Made by a program: the position numbers and the translations under genes. Under the pieces are notes generated by a model. The model was not told where the DNA came from and searched no databases. It saw nothing but the letters and a program-made list of their open reading frames with translations. Below, piece after piece: positions 40,641 to 51,497 of a stretch of DNA of 64,000 nucleotides; position 1 is the stretch's first letter, and the number at the start of each line of letters is the position of its first letter. Source of the stretch: Obrimoposthia wandeli (lineage: Eukaryota). Location: the NCBI GenBank assembly GCA_977020255.1, contig CDROCS010001548.1, positions 372,001-436,000 on the forward strand, given 5' to 3'.

Positions 40641-42510
40641 CGTTTTTCCTTGTCAACTTTCTCAATGGTGTTGCTTTGTCGGAAAAATGTTCAACAAGTC
40701 GTCTGCAATAATTCGCAAGACCTAAAAAACTATACTTGGAGTATGCAACCTATAAGAAGTATGATGGATAGAAAATCAAGAAAAATAAATAGATATCTTA
40801 GTAAGCATTACCATCGACTAAAACTAGTTGATGGGAATAGTTATTTCAAGATAAAATAAATAACTGAGAAATAAAACGTTGTTTTGATGTATCCGAATCA
40901 ATTTTCTTTGTTTTGGATGAATATAATAAATATAAAATAAATACATTAAATTATTTTTTACTGAATTTAAACTCATAAATAAAGTGTTAAAGTGTTAAAA
41001 CGGTTAAATCCAATTCTATCAAATATTATTTGTCTATATATTGAACATGGAGATCATCAGAAATGCTTTGCTGCTAGTTAAGATTATTAAAATTATAAAT
41101 AATCCAGAAGTAATATTAATGAAAAATCAACTACTTATATTATTCAGTAAACTCAGTAGACAACAAATTTTGTGATTGGTTTAAAAATTAAATGAATCTT
41201 ATTGGCTTAATACTACTTTGAAAATAGTGTATAAAAAAGCATCAAACAACTAATAACTCCGTATTATAAATGAAATTGGAAAATCTATAAATAGTTCAAT
41301 CATTAAATGTACAATTGAATTATCTTTACATTCAGTTCTCAATCTATAACTTAAAGCAGATTATTTTCTTTCTTAGCTGATTTAGTTTTTGAGGTATTTA
41401 AAGTTTATTTTCAATTTCTATATAAGTATTCTATAATACAACCAAATTCAACTTTATCGGATTCTATATGAGTTATTGGGTGAATTATTGTACTTTCATA
41501 ATTATTTACAATTACTACTTTATTGGATTTTAAGGTGGTATAAAAATCAACATAATATCTTTTCCATTTGTACATCAAACTATCGAATTTCATTGAAAAA
41601 ACATTAATAAAGATAAGGAAAATAGTTATAACAACATTTATATATTTAAGTAGATTGACATAACATCATAACAATACTACAACAAGTATAACCTTAATGA
41701 TTGAAATTACTTTAACACATAATGAATTATATTTATTTCTTTTGAGTGTAAGTAATAGTTCCGGTTCGAATATACAACCAATTCCTAATTACAGTGATGC
41801 AAATTGACTATCTTTCCAACATATATAGTGATTTTAACTGATTGAATTCATTCAATTTGTATACGTAATAGTAAATTGCGGTTCGTACTTAGTTTCATAT
41901 ATCACATTAATTTACATTTTCTTAAATTGTTATGTTTCAAATTAAAAGAATATTTATCTAATTTGAATATAGCCAAATTATAATCTGCATGCGTTTCTAT
42001 AAAGTGACAAGGATTTGCACTGCTAAATCGTAGATTTTCTATGCATCTGATACTATGAGCTTTGAAAGTTTTATTATAGAAAATTTGTCTCAAATCAGAT
42101 ATTTTCTTCAAATACTCATATACACAAACATAACTTTATTAATTCGTTTCTTCTGTTTAAATGTATTTAGTTTTTTCTGCACAGCTTCTTTCGTTTCAAA
42201 TTGTGGACCATCGAAAACAGAATCAGATTTAATTCTTTAAATATATTCAACAATATTCAGGTCTGAACTCAGAGCAGACTATGCAAGTAGGTAAATGTGG
42301 CACTTCTGGAACAAAGCCCTCCCCCTGAGGACAAGTCAAAAATCTAGGTCAAATTTTTTGATGAGGACAAAAAATTTAGGTCAAATTTTGAAATTTCTGC
42401 GGAAAATTTGAAATATAGGTCAAATTTCTCCCGAGTACACATGGTTTTTTATTTAAAGTCAAGACCTCATAAGGTCAAGGACATGTCCTCATGAGGTCAA
42501 GGTCTAGGTC

Positions 42511-42790
42511 ATGAGCTCATATGCTGACTATGAGCCCAAGGTTATTTTCAAGATTATGAGCTCATGTGCTCACCATGAGCCCATAGTTATCATCAAGGTT
42601 ATGAGCTCATGTGCTCACCATGAGCCCAAGGTTATATTCAAGATTATGAGCTCATGTGCTCACCATGAGCCCAAAGTTATCATCAAGGTTATGAGCTCAT
42701 GTGCTCACCATGAGCCCAAAGTTATCATCAAGGTAATGAACTCATGTGCTCACCATGAGCCCAAGGTTATCATCATCAAAGTCCAGGTTG
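42511..42790 (+). repeat. 45-bp tandem repeat (~6 copies) within the left TIR
   Basis: Unit ATGAGCTCATGTGCTCACCATGAGCCCAAGGTTATCATCAAGGTT; fewer copies in the right TIR (~50295-50410). Confidence 0.9.
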
Positions 42791-43094
42791 AGCTCATGTC
42801 ATGAAAGATAGACATCTAACCACATCATCTAAAAGGATTATTATTAATCAATTATAAATATAAGATTATTCAAATAATGTTTGAAAAAACACAATAGAAG
42901 GACAATAATCAATAGATATTTGCTCTTTTATTGTGTTTTCTAAACATATATAATCGAATTAAATTAAAATTAAACCTTACTCGATATCGTGAGCAGCAGC
43001 AGCATAAAATATAAATAAAATAAAAATTTACCTGAATACTGCAGCTAAATCCAATTCAGCAGCAGAACTGTTTACATTCACCGCACACATAGTC

Positions 43095-43129
43095 CAATAC
43101 AAGGCAGAGAAAATCTCTGCCTTGTATTG
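43095..43129. repeat. Perfect 16-bp stem hairpin within the TIR
   Basis: CAATACAAGGCAGAGA-AAA-TCTCTGCCTTGTATTG; near-identical copy at ~49965-50000. Confidence 0.9.
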
Positions 43130-43329
43130 AAGTGTACAGTAGGGAAGAGAAAATCACACACTTACACAGATGTGATTTACAAATCATTACAAATAATTAC
43201 CATTATTTGCAATATTTGTACACGTGACGTGCTTTGTCCCTTTGTGAATTATTTCCTTTCACATGTTGAGGACATGAGTCTTTCATGACAACGACTATGA
43301 GCACATGGTTACTCACTCTTGATGGATCT

Positions 43330-43440
43330 TCTTTGAGCAGGTTATTTGAGCTGATTCTTTAAGAAAGTTATTTGAGTTGCTTCTTTTAAGGAAGTTATTT
43401 GAGTAGCTTCTTTTAAGGAAGTTATTTGAGTTGCTTCTTT
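43330..43440. repeat. 27-bp tandem repeat within the TIR
   Basis: TTAAGGAAGTTATTTGAGTTGCTTCTT units; mirrored at ~49590-49760 with extra copies. Confidence 0.85.
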
Positions 43441-43503
43441 TCGAATAGGGTTCTCTCAAAGGGTCTAAAACCTTCAAAAAATTTATTTTTCTACTTTTCA
43501 AAG

Positions 43504-43716
43504 TTATATATAATAGGCTTGGTTGGGTTCTATTTTGATTAACTTTGTGAATTGTCTTCTGCATACAGGGCAACGAGGGTATGTCGGATAGGGAGTTTCT
43601 CCATAAGTTCTGATCCATTTTGATAAACATTCCTCGTGGTGTAAGTGGTTGCAGGTATCGGGTCTTGTTCTTCGTTCGTTTAAATCTTCCAAACATATTG
43701 GGCATTCTTCGGACAT
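43504..43716 (-). CDS. RING-H2 protein, second copy, with its C-terminus fused into the left TIR
   Basis: MSEECPICLEDLNERRTRPDTCNHLHHEECLSKW...RCPVCRR; the last codons QAYYI* derive from TIR sequence. Confidence 0.8.
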   Translation of the reverse strand: MSEECPICLEDLNERRTRPDTCNHLHHEECLSKWIRTYGETPYPTYPRCPVCRRQFTKLIKIEPNQAYYI

Positions 43717-43841
43717 TCTAAATACATGATGACAATTAATTTCTACATGAGTTTTACATATTTCTACTTATTTGTACAATCGCTTCTAGATGTTTCTACA
43801 TATTTTTACACACTAATTTCTCTACAACCTCCTCTGACTTA

Positions 43842-44168
43842 TCATGTCTTGATGGGAGGCGGAGGTAAGGGTCGCAATTCCACTTCCTCCATTGTGGGTG
43901 TGTTACAGCATCGCAGTTCTTTGCCTTTCCGTCGTATTCTTGGGCATACCTGACTGCCTTTCACGCACACGACTGTCAATAAAACTACTGCTGTTGATAC
44001 TACGGCCATTACCATTAAAGCATTGACCGCTGTTATTCCGCTGTCCGAGGATTGGTAATCGTACTTTATTTTGTTGTTTGTCGGTTCGAAGGGCGTCTCC
44101 ACCTGTGTTGATTGGTTTCCGTGTATTATGTATTTTTGGCGCATTTTCAAAAAATATTTTTGGCACAT
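43842..44168 (-). CDS. 5'-truncated membrane-protein fragment (TM plus Pro-rich tail), homolog of 33890-34200
   Basis: YDYQSSDSG, TM NALMVMAVVSTAVVLLTVVCV, tail EEVELRPLPPPP; homology stops near 44130 where the palindrome-associated repeats begin. Confidence 0.6.
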   Translation of the reverse strand: MCQKYFLKMRQKYIIHGNQSTQVETPFEPTNNKIKYDYQSSDSGITAVNALMVMAVVSTAVVLLTVVCVKGSQVCPRIRRKGKELRCCNTPTMEEVELRPLPPPPIKT

Positions 44169-44418
44169 TTTCTAAAAATATTTTAAAAATTTTTTGGTAT
44201 GATTCGCGCGCGTTACTATTATAATTATTAACGCGCGCGAATCATACCAAAAATTTTTGAAAATTATTTTTGAAAATGTGTCAAAAATATTTTTTGAAAA
44301 TTATTTTTGAAAATGTGCCAAAAATATTTTTTGAAAATGCGCCAAAAATACATAATACACGGAAACCAATCAACACAGGTGGAGACGCCCTTCGAACCGA
44401 CAAACTACAAAATAAAGT
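44063..44418. repeat. Fold-back palindrome (arms 44063-44215 and 44229-44418, 13-nt AT-rich loop)
   Basis: Core TTGGTATGATTCGCGCGCGTTA-CTATTATAATTAT-TAACGCGCGCGAATCATACCAA; the arms also mirror GAAGGGCGTCTCCACCTGTGTTGATTGGTTTCCGTG. Confidence 0.93.
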
Positions 44419-44623
44419 GCCAAAATGTGCCAAAAATATTTTTTGAAAATGCGCCAAAAATATTTTTGAAATTTTGAATTTGGCGCCAAAAATAAATTTT
44501 GAAATTTTGAATTTGGCGCCAAAAATAAATTTTGAAAAGCGCCAAAAATGATGCATTTAAACAAAAGAATGGAATGACCTTGGAATGACCTTGGCGTACT
44601 CGGGAGAATTGGTTGTGGAGAAA

Positions 44624-44753
44624 GGTTAGGGTTAGGGGTATGGCTTAGGGTTAGGGCTATGGCTGGGGTTAGGGTTATCGTATGGCTTAGGGTTAGGGTT
44701 AGGGATATGGGTGTGGTTAGGGTTAGGGATATGGGCGTAGTTAGGGTTAGGGT
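44624..44753 (+). repeat. Interstitial telomere-like array (12 TTAGGG units in pairs/triplets with TATGG-containing spacers)
   Basis: Directly visible; G-rich on the plus strand. Confidence 0.9.
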
Positions 44754-44849
44754 ACTTTATAATTTGAGTTTCATTATGTCTTATTCATATCAACTAATCA
44801 TGTGAGGTTAGATAGAATATAAACAATTCAGACATTATTTCTGATCACA

Positions 44850-45269
44850 ATGTTGATAAACATCGAGAAGAAGATAGCAATATCAGTGAAGAGGATCAAT
44901 TCCATTGCATTGAAGAAAAGAAGCAAGAAACAGTCTATGGATTTTATTCAACAATTAGATATCTTCAATGATGTCATCAAATTGAAGAAATCGAAATTTC
45001 AAGATCCTCATCATAAATTCGGATGGGATATGTATTTACTTGAAAATCCTATAACATACCACTTCTCCAATCATGTCAATGTAAGGAAAATCAAGTTTGA
45101 CTATATCATCAGAGATATCTATGAAGAAGATGTTATACAATTGAATGAACTCATGCAACAATTGGATATTGGATATAAAATCCATAGAAATTCTATATTG
45201 GTGAGAGCTGATGAAGGTATTTTTGCAGATTATTGGAATGTTGAAAAGGATATGAAAAATGGAAAATGA
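44850..45269 (+). CDS. Hypothetical 139-aa ORF (cargo of the TIR element; likely start MDFIQQ)
   Basis: Longest ORF in the element interior with globular-like composition; no recognised motif. Confidence 0.35.
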   Translation: MLINIEKKIAISVKRINSIALKKRSKKQSMDFIQQLDIFNDVIKLKKSKFQDPHHKFGWDMYLLENPITYHFSNHVNVRKIKFDYIIRDIYEEDVIQLNELMQQLDIGYKIHRNSILVRADEGIFADYWNVEKDMKNGK

Positions 45270-46839
45270 ACTCTATTCATAATGATTCAAGGATTTATGA
45301 CCAAATGTGATGGAAGTTTAAAACCTATATGGAAGATTACGAAGGATGCATAATGTTATAGAAATTAATAATAAATATTGATGTTTTATCTTATATGTCC
45401 AAATATAGACATGTACACATGTACCAACTTCCCTTGTTCTTGTTATCCAATTAGAAGCTTGCAATATTTAGTCAATACTTGCATCAACCAATCAGAACAT
45501 GGACATCTTTACATATATTATGTGCAAATATAAATATGTTCAGCAACTCTCCATAAACACCTTAACCACTATGAGATTTTCCTCTTCTTAACCCTATAAA
45601 ATAATCTATTTTTAGTAACATTGCATCATCTATTCTTATTGGTTAATCTGAGTCTCAGTTTTATATAAACAAAGATATATTTAAATAAACATGTAAGCTG
45701 ATTTATAGCAACGTCATCATATTATTCATGGAAACTCAAGAAGAAAAATCCAATATTATGATGTCATTTTCCGGAATATCAATGGATCAATGTCTACCCA
45801 ACCGAATTACAATGGAATATACAAGATTGCACCCTGTGGCTTAGTGACTTCTGTTTGGACTCTATGGAATTAACTAATAAAGGTACGTATTTTCTCCTTT
45901 ATATTTATTAATATTTTATAAGAAGTTCGAAAGTTAAGGATATATTGATGTGAATATTGATATTTATTGAATTAGATGATTTATGAATAGTAATATCTTA
46001 ATAAAATGGTGAGAAACTATGCTATCTTTAGAAATATTAAACATAGCTCCTAGATTCAATAATCAGTAGCTACTTGATAGAATAGATTAATCAATAAAAT
46101 AGTTATGATGAATTATTGTTAAGGTTTTATTAGGATTTACAACATGTGTTATGATATAGATGAAATATGTGTATTATCGATAATTTTGGTATAAGATTCT
46201 TTGTATGCGAGCTTGTATGATAATCAAAACATATAAGTCTTCTCTATATTTAACTATATTATTCCATTTCATAGTCTAAATCTCAATGACACATTAGAAA
46301 AATCATTATTCCTATTATCAACCATTTTATGATGGTTGATGATAGTGAGATTAGATGTTGATAATATTGATAAGTTCAGTTTTTCAATAATCAATATGTA
46401 TGGAAATATATGAATTTATGGTATTTGATAATTTCTCTGAAAGTTAGGGATGAAAGTTTTTGAAAGAAGATTCATGATAGAGATGTTAGAAGATATGGAT
46501 ATGTCTCGATTTATTGATTATTAGATTCATTCTTATAAAATTTCCAATGTTTTCCTTTACAGCCTAACCTGATTATAATAACTCAAAAGTCTTAATATAT
46601 TAGTTTTTACAACAAAATGTTTAAAGTTAAACAACTACAACGTAGAATATTTTAAACAAACTGCAAGGTAGAATATTTCAATCAATCAACATTGATGTAT
46701 AAGTAATGTTAAATTATGTCTGTTATTTAAAAAACATCCATCTATGACTGCTTTAATGAAAGAGGTAGGCTTGATATTGGTCTGATTCTATGCTATTCTT
46801 TCCTTAAACCCTAATACTTGTTATATTTTTTCCTCTTAA

Positions 46840-47190
46840 ACCTCTTAACATGCATGAAATTTTCCTAACATCCATGAGATTATCGTAACTACTAAGTTAT
46901 TTTCCTCCTTAAACCTCTCAACTTCCATGATAATTCCCTAACTACTGGAAGATTTCCCTAACTACAATGAGATTTCCCTAACTTCCACGTTATTTTCATC
47001 CTTAAACCACTCAACTTCCACGAGATTTCCCTAACTTCCCCGTTATTTTCTTCCTTAAACCACTCAACTTCCATGAGAATTCCCTAACTACTGCAAGATT
47101 TTCCTAACTTCCACTAGATTTTCCTAACTACCATGGGATTATCCTAACTTCCACGTTATTTTCCTTCTTAAACCACTAAACTTCCACGTG
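46840..47190. repeat. Degenerate higher-order tandem repeat (CCTAACT/TTAAACC/TTCCATGAGA units)
   Basis: Repeated AACTTCCA(T/C)GAGATTTCCCTAAC and TTATTTTC..CTTAAACC blocks. Confidence 0.8.
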
Positions 47191-47194
47191 AGTT

Positions 47195-47830
47195 CCCTGT
47201 TTCTCTTCTAGAAGCATCTAAATATTGTAAATTTTCTGAACATATCATTAATTTCCTGAATACATCAATACTTTTAGAACATAATATAGAACATATAGTT
47301 GTTATTATGATAAACAATATCGATGTGGAATTGAAAAAGATAGAGATGGAATGTTTTATGATTAGATTTTAGTATATACCTTGTATTTCTTGTAAGTATT
47401 CAGACACATACACATACACACACATATACACACAGACATATAATATTACTATAGTCAATTTTCTTATACACACTCTATCAATGTATGCTGTTCCCTAAAT
47501 TTATTCAATCAACCGAAAACTTCCAAGCAATGCTAATAAATATTACTAAATCTCACATAATTTCTTCCTTAGAACGTCCTAAATGTCATAGATTTCATGG
47601 ACATATCATTAATTTAGTCTTTAGAATCATCTAAATATTGTAAATTTCCTGAACATATCATTAATTTCCTCAATACATCAATACTTTTAGAACATAATAT
47701 AGAACATATAGTTGTTATTATGATAAACAATATCGATTCGAATTGAAAAAGATAGATATGTAATGATTAATAATAATAAGAGTTTTGTATATACCTTGTA
47801 TTTCTTGTAAGTATTCAGACATACATGCAT
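47195..47830. repeat. ~200-bp direct repeat pair (~47195-47400 and ~47615-47830)
   Basis: Shared CATCTAAATATTGTAAATTT...GATAAACAATATCGAT and ATACCTTGTATTTCTTGTAAGTATTCAGACA. Confidence 0.85.
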
Positions 47831-48264
47831 ACATACACCCAATAGTCTCTATGTTCTATTTTTTCTTGTTCTGTCAGCTTGTAAATTTTTGTAAGTATTC
47901 ATACATACACACATATTACTATAGTCTAAGTTCACTATTCCCTGCTCAAGCAATCTATCAACAATCAGAAGACATTCCAGTGGATTACTATACTCCAATT
48001 TCTCTCAGCTAAGTTTACTATGTGTTTGCTTGTTCAATCAATCTTCCACCAATCAGAATACACTCCAGTGGATTACTATTTTCCACCCTTCTAGGTATGT
48101 TTACTATATTTGCTATACGTTGCTATAAATACCCCGTTGATATTCAGTATCTACTTTAGCTATAATTTTCTAATGATAGTAATACATAACACTTTGTAAG
48201 CATGATAAAATCGATGAATACAAGTTATATTGATAAATTATTATGAATAACCTTAGTAGTCTTA

Positions 48265-48266
<2 letters not shown>

Positions 48267-48317
<51 letters not shown>
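48267..48317. repeat. (TA)n microsatellite
   Basis: Pure AT run. Confidence 0.97.
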
Positions 48318-48320
<3 letters not shown>

Positions 48321-49009
48321 CAAGTTTCAATTCTACATTAGAAATATCAATATATTAATCGAGATTTAATATCTGTAATCAATAACATGTAGAATATTGA
48401 TCTATTTTTAATTTCAGTTTAACATCGAAGATTACATAGTTTCTATAGAAAACATTAGATGAGAAGAGAAGATGAAGAGATAAGATGAAGTAATGTCCAC
48501 ATTTTAGTAAATATATCTTGTTATGATGTAGCAAAAATCACAAATACTTGTAACCATGACAAACATATATTTGAATTTTGGGCTTTGAAATTGATGCATT
48601 AAAACAAATTTTTGATATGATGTAGTTACACATACATACATGCAAGGGATGTCATCTGATGTCTTTGTTAATCTACTAGTAATCAAAAATGTTCACATAT
48701 ACATACATATATACACTTAATTCTGTTTCCAAGTGTTAACATCTGTCTAATTATTCACACACACGTATGTATGAGTGATGTAAGCAAATGAAAAACATAT
48801 TAGATGGAATTTAGATAGCTTAATTTAAGTAAATAAATTTTGTAAATTTTTTATTACTTTGTTTTAAAAGTAATTGATTTTGAAGTAATAAAGTTTTGAA
48901 GAAAATAAGTTTTTGAAGAAAATGATGTACAAGTGATTTAAAAACTTTTTAATTTTGGCCACAAAATGTTTTGAAAATTTAAACAAAAATTTTTGAAAAA
49001 TTAATTTTT

Positions 49010-49520
49010 AAACGTTTTGGAAAAAATAAATTTTTGAAGGTTTTGGACCCTTGAAGGTGTACCCTTGAAGGTCTAATGAAAGTCAGATCAATGCTATTAT
49101 ATATAACTTTGAAAAGTAGAAAAATAAAAATTTTGAAGGTTTTGAACCCTTGCAGGTCTGAGTAAGTTCTGATCAAGCCTATTATATATAACATTAAAAA
49201 GTAGAAAAATAAATTTTTGAAGAGTTTGGACCCGTTAAGGTCAACCCTCGAAGGTCTAATGAAAGTCAGATCAATGCTATTATATATAACTTTGAAAAGT
49301 AGAAAAATAAAAATTTTGAAGGTTTTGAACCCTCAAAGGTCTGAGTAAGTTCTGATCAAGCCTATTATATATAACTTTAAAAAGTAGAAAAGTACATTTT
49401 TGAAAGTTTTGGACCCTTAAAGGTTAAGCCTCAAAGGTCTGAGTAAGTTCTGATCAAGCCTATTATATATAACTTTGAAAAGTAGAAAAATAATTTTTTT
49501 GAAGGTTTTAGACCCTTTGA
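49010..49520. repeat. ~75-bp subterminal tandem repeats (6-7 copies, two alternating variants)
   Basis: AAAAGTAGAAAAATAAA..TTTGAAGGTTTTG.ACCC...GATCAA..CTATTATATATAAC units. Confidence 0.88.
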
Positions 49521-50852
49521 GAGAACCCTATTCGAATTACCATATTAAAGAATAAACTCAAAGTAGCAACTCGAAGAATCAGCAATAATAAGTACCTTAA
49601 AAGAAGCAACTGAGATAATTTCCTTAAAAGAAGCAACTCAAAGAACTTCCTTAAAAGAAGCTACTCAAATAACTTCCTTAAAAGAAGCAACTCAAATAAC
49701 TTCCTTAAAAGAAGCAACTCAAATAACTTTCTTAAAGAATCAGCTCAAATAACCTGCTCAAAGAAGATCCATCAAGAGTGAGTAACCATGTGCTCATAGT
49801 CGTTGTCATGAAAGACTCATGTCCTCAACATGTGAAAGGAAATAATTCACAAAGGGACAAAGCACGTCACGTGTACAAATATTGCAAATAATGGTAATTA
49901 TTTGTAATGATTTGTAAATCACATCTGTGTAAGTGTGTGATTTTCTCTTCCCTACTGTACACTTCAATACAAGGCAGATATTTTCTCTGCCTTGTATTGG
50001 ACTATGTGTGTGGTGAATGTAAACAGTTCTGCTGCTGAATTGGATTTAGCTGCAGTATTCAGGTAAATTTTTATTTTATTTATATTTTATGCTGCTGCTG
50101 CTCACGATATCGAGTAAGGTTTAATTTTAATTTAATTCGATTATATATGTTTAAAAAACACAATAAAAGAGCAAATATTTATTGATTATTGTCCTTCTAT
50201 TGTGTTTTTTCAAACATTATTTGAATAATCTTCTATTTATAATTGATTAATAATAATCCTTTTAGATGATGTGGTTAGATGTCTATCTTTCATGACATGA
50301 GCTCATGGTGAGCACATGAGTTCATAACCTTGATGATAACTTTGGGCTCATGGTGAGCACATGAGCTCATAACCTTGAAAATAACCTTGGGCTCATAGTC
50401 AGCATATGTCCTCATGACCTAGACCTTGACCTCATGAGGACATTCCCTTGACCTTATGAGGTCATGATCTAGATTTTTCCAATGACCTCATGAGAGCATG
50501 CCCTTGACCTTATGAGGTCATGACTTTAAATAAAAAATCATGTGTATTCGGGAGAAATTTGACCTACATCTGTCATAAAAAATTTGAGTTCAAAAATTTT
50601 CGCGCTAATTTCAAAAATGTTCAAAACTTTTGCGAAAATTTCAAAATTTTCATAAAATTTCATGGAAATTTCAAACATTTTCAAAAAATTTCGCGCAAAT
50701 TTCAAAAAATTTGACCAATATATTTCAAATTTTCCGCGAAAATTTCAAAATTTGACCTAAATTTTTTGTCCTCATCAAAAAATTTGACCTAGATTGTTGA
50801 CTTGTCCTCAGGGGGGTGGGGCTTTGTTGCAGAAGTGCCACATCTACCTACT
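49455..50852 (-). repeat. Right terminal inverted repeat
   Basis: Reverse complement of 42286-43521, with an extra ~190-bp CGCG/AAATTT block near 50560-50730. Confidence 0.92.
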
Positions 50853-51497
50853 TATGCAGATGCTTCAATATTACTGTTCAACATAAACTCTTCTTTTCTT
50901 TGCTGTCATTATTGTTTTTATTATAATACTGTTAAGTGGAGTTCACTGTCAATAATATTCCAGGGAAGTAGACTGAGCCAACCCTCAATCCGATTCAACT
51001 GAAGAGAAAAAGCAAGAAGGAGATCCAAGAAAAAAGTAAGGATACCATCAAAGTAAAGAAGCTTTAATTTCAATATCCTTTATATCAATTCTATCAAATG
51101 TATCATTTCGAATATCGCCTAATTGAACAAAGTCAATTGATATCGAAAAACTCACTAAAATCTTTCAATTAGATATTTAATATAATATTCATAATAATTC
51201 ATTCAAGATTCGAGTTGATACAAGAGTTTTTGCGGATTATTTCGAAGTTAGAGACGGCATAAAAATGGAATCTCTTCGTCATGATCCAAGATAACACGCA
51301 CTGGAAATTTGAAATACGTGGGGAAAATTACTGAAACATTACGTAAGCTATTAATAATTTCATATTCTCAAATAATGAATTTTTTAGCTTCAGCTTCGGA
51401 TCTCATTTTTCTAATTACAAATGTAAGATCTACAACAATTAGTATCATTTATTTTGATACAATATATAGTTTTTAAATTTATAAACAAATCTATTAA

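Larger units (their letters stand above)
42286..43521 (+). repeat. Left terminal inverted repeat
   Basis: Reverse complement of 49455-50852 apart from indels. Confidence 0.92.
42286..50852. mobile_element. Non-autonomous Maverick/Polinton-type element, 8567 bp
   Basis: Termini AGTAGGTA...TACCTACT; identical 6-bp flanks TATGCA (42280-42285 and 50853-50858); TIRs over 1.2 kb; 6-bp TSD and AG/CT termini are Polinton hallmarks; no polB, integrase, ATPase or capsid motifs recognised inside. Confidence 0.88.

Noticed and set aside
42511-42790. Tandem arrays as a possible CRISPR
   Set aside because: No unique spacers, no cas genes, eukaryotic context.
42511-42804. 97-aa ORF of MSSCAHHEPKVIIKV repeats
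   Set aside because: A by-product of a 45-bp (multiple of 3) tandem repeat in the TIR; copy number differs in the other arm.
44281-44564. ORFs with FSKFIFGAKFKI repeats
   Set aside because: Low-complexity translation of palindrome-associated repeats.
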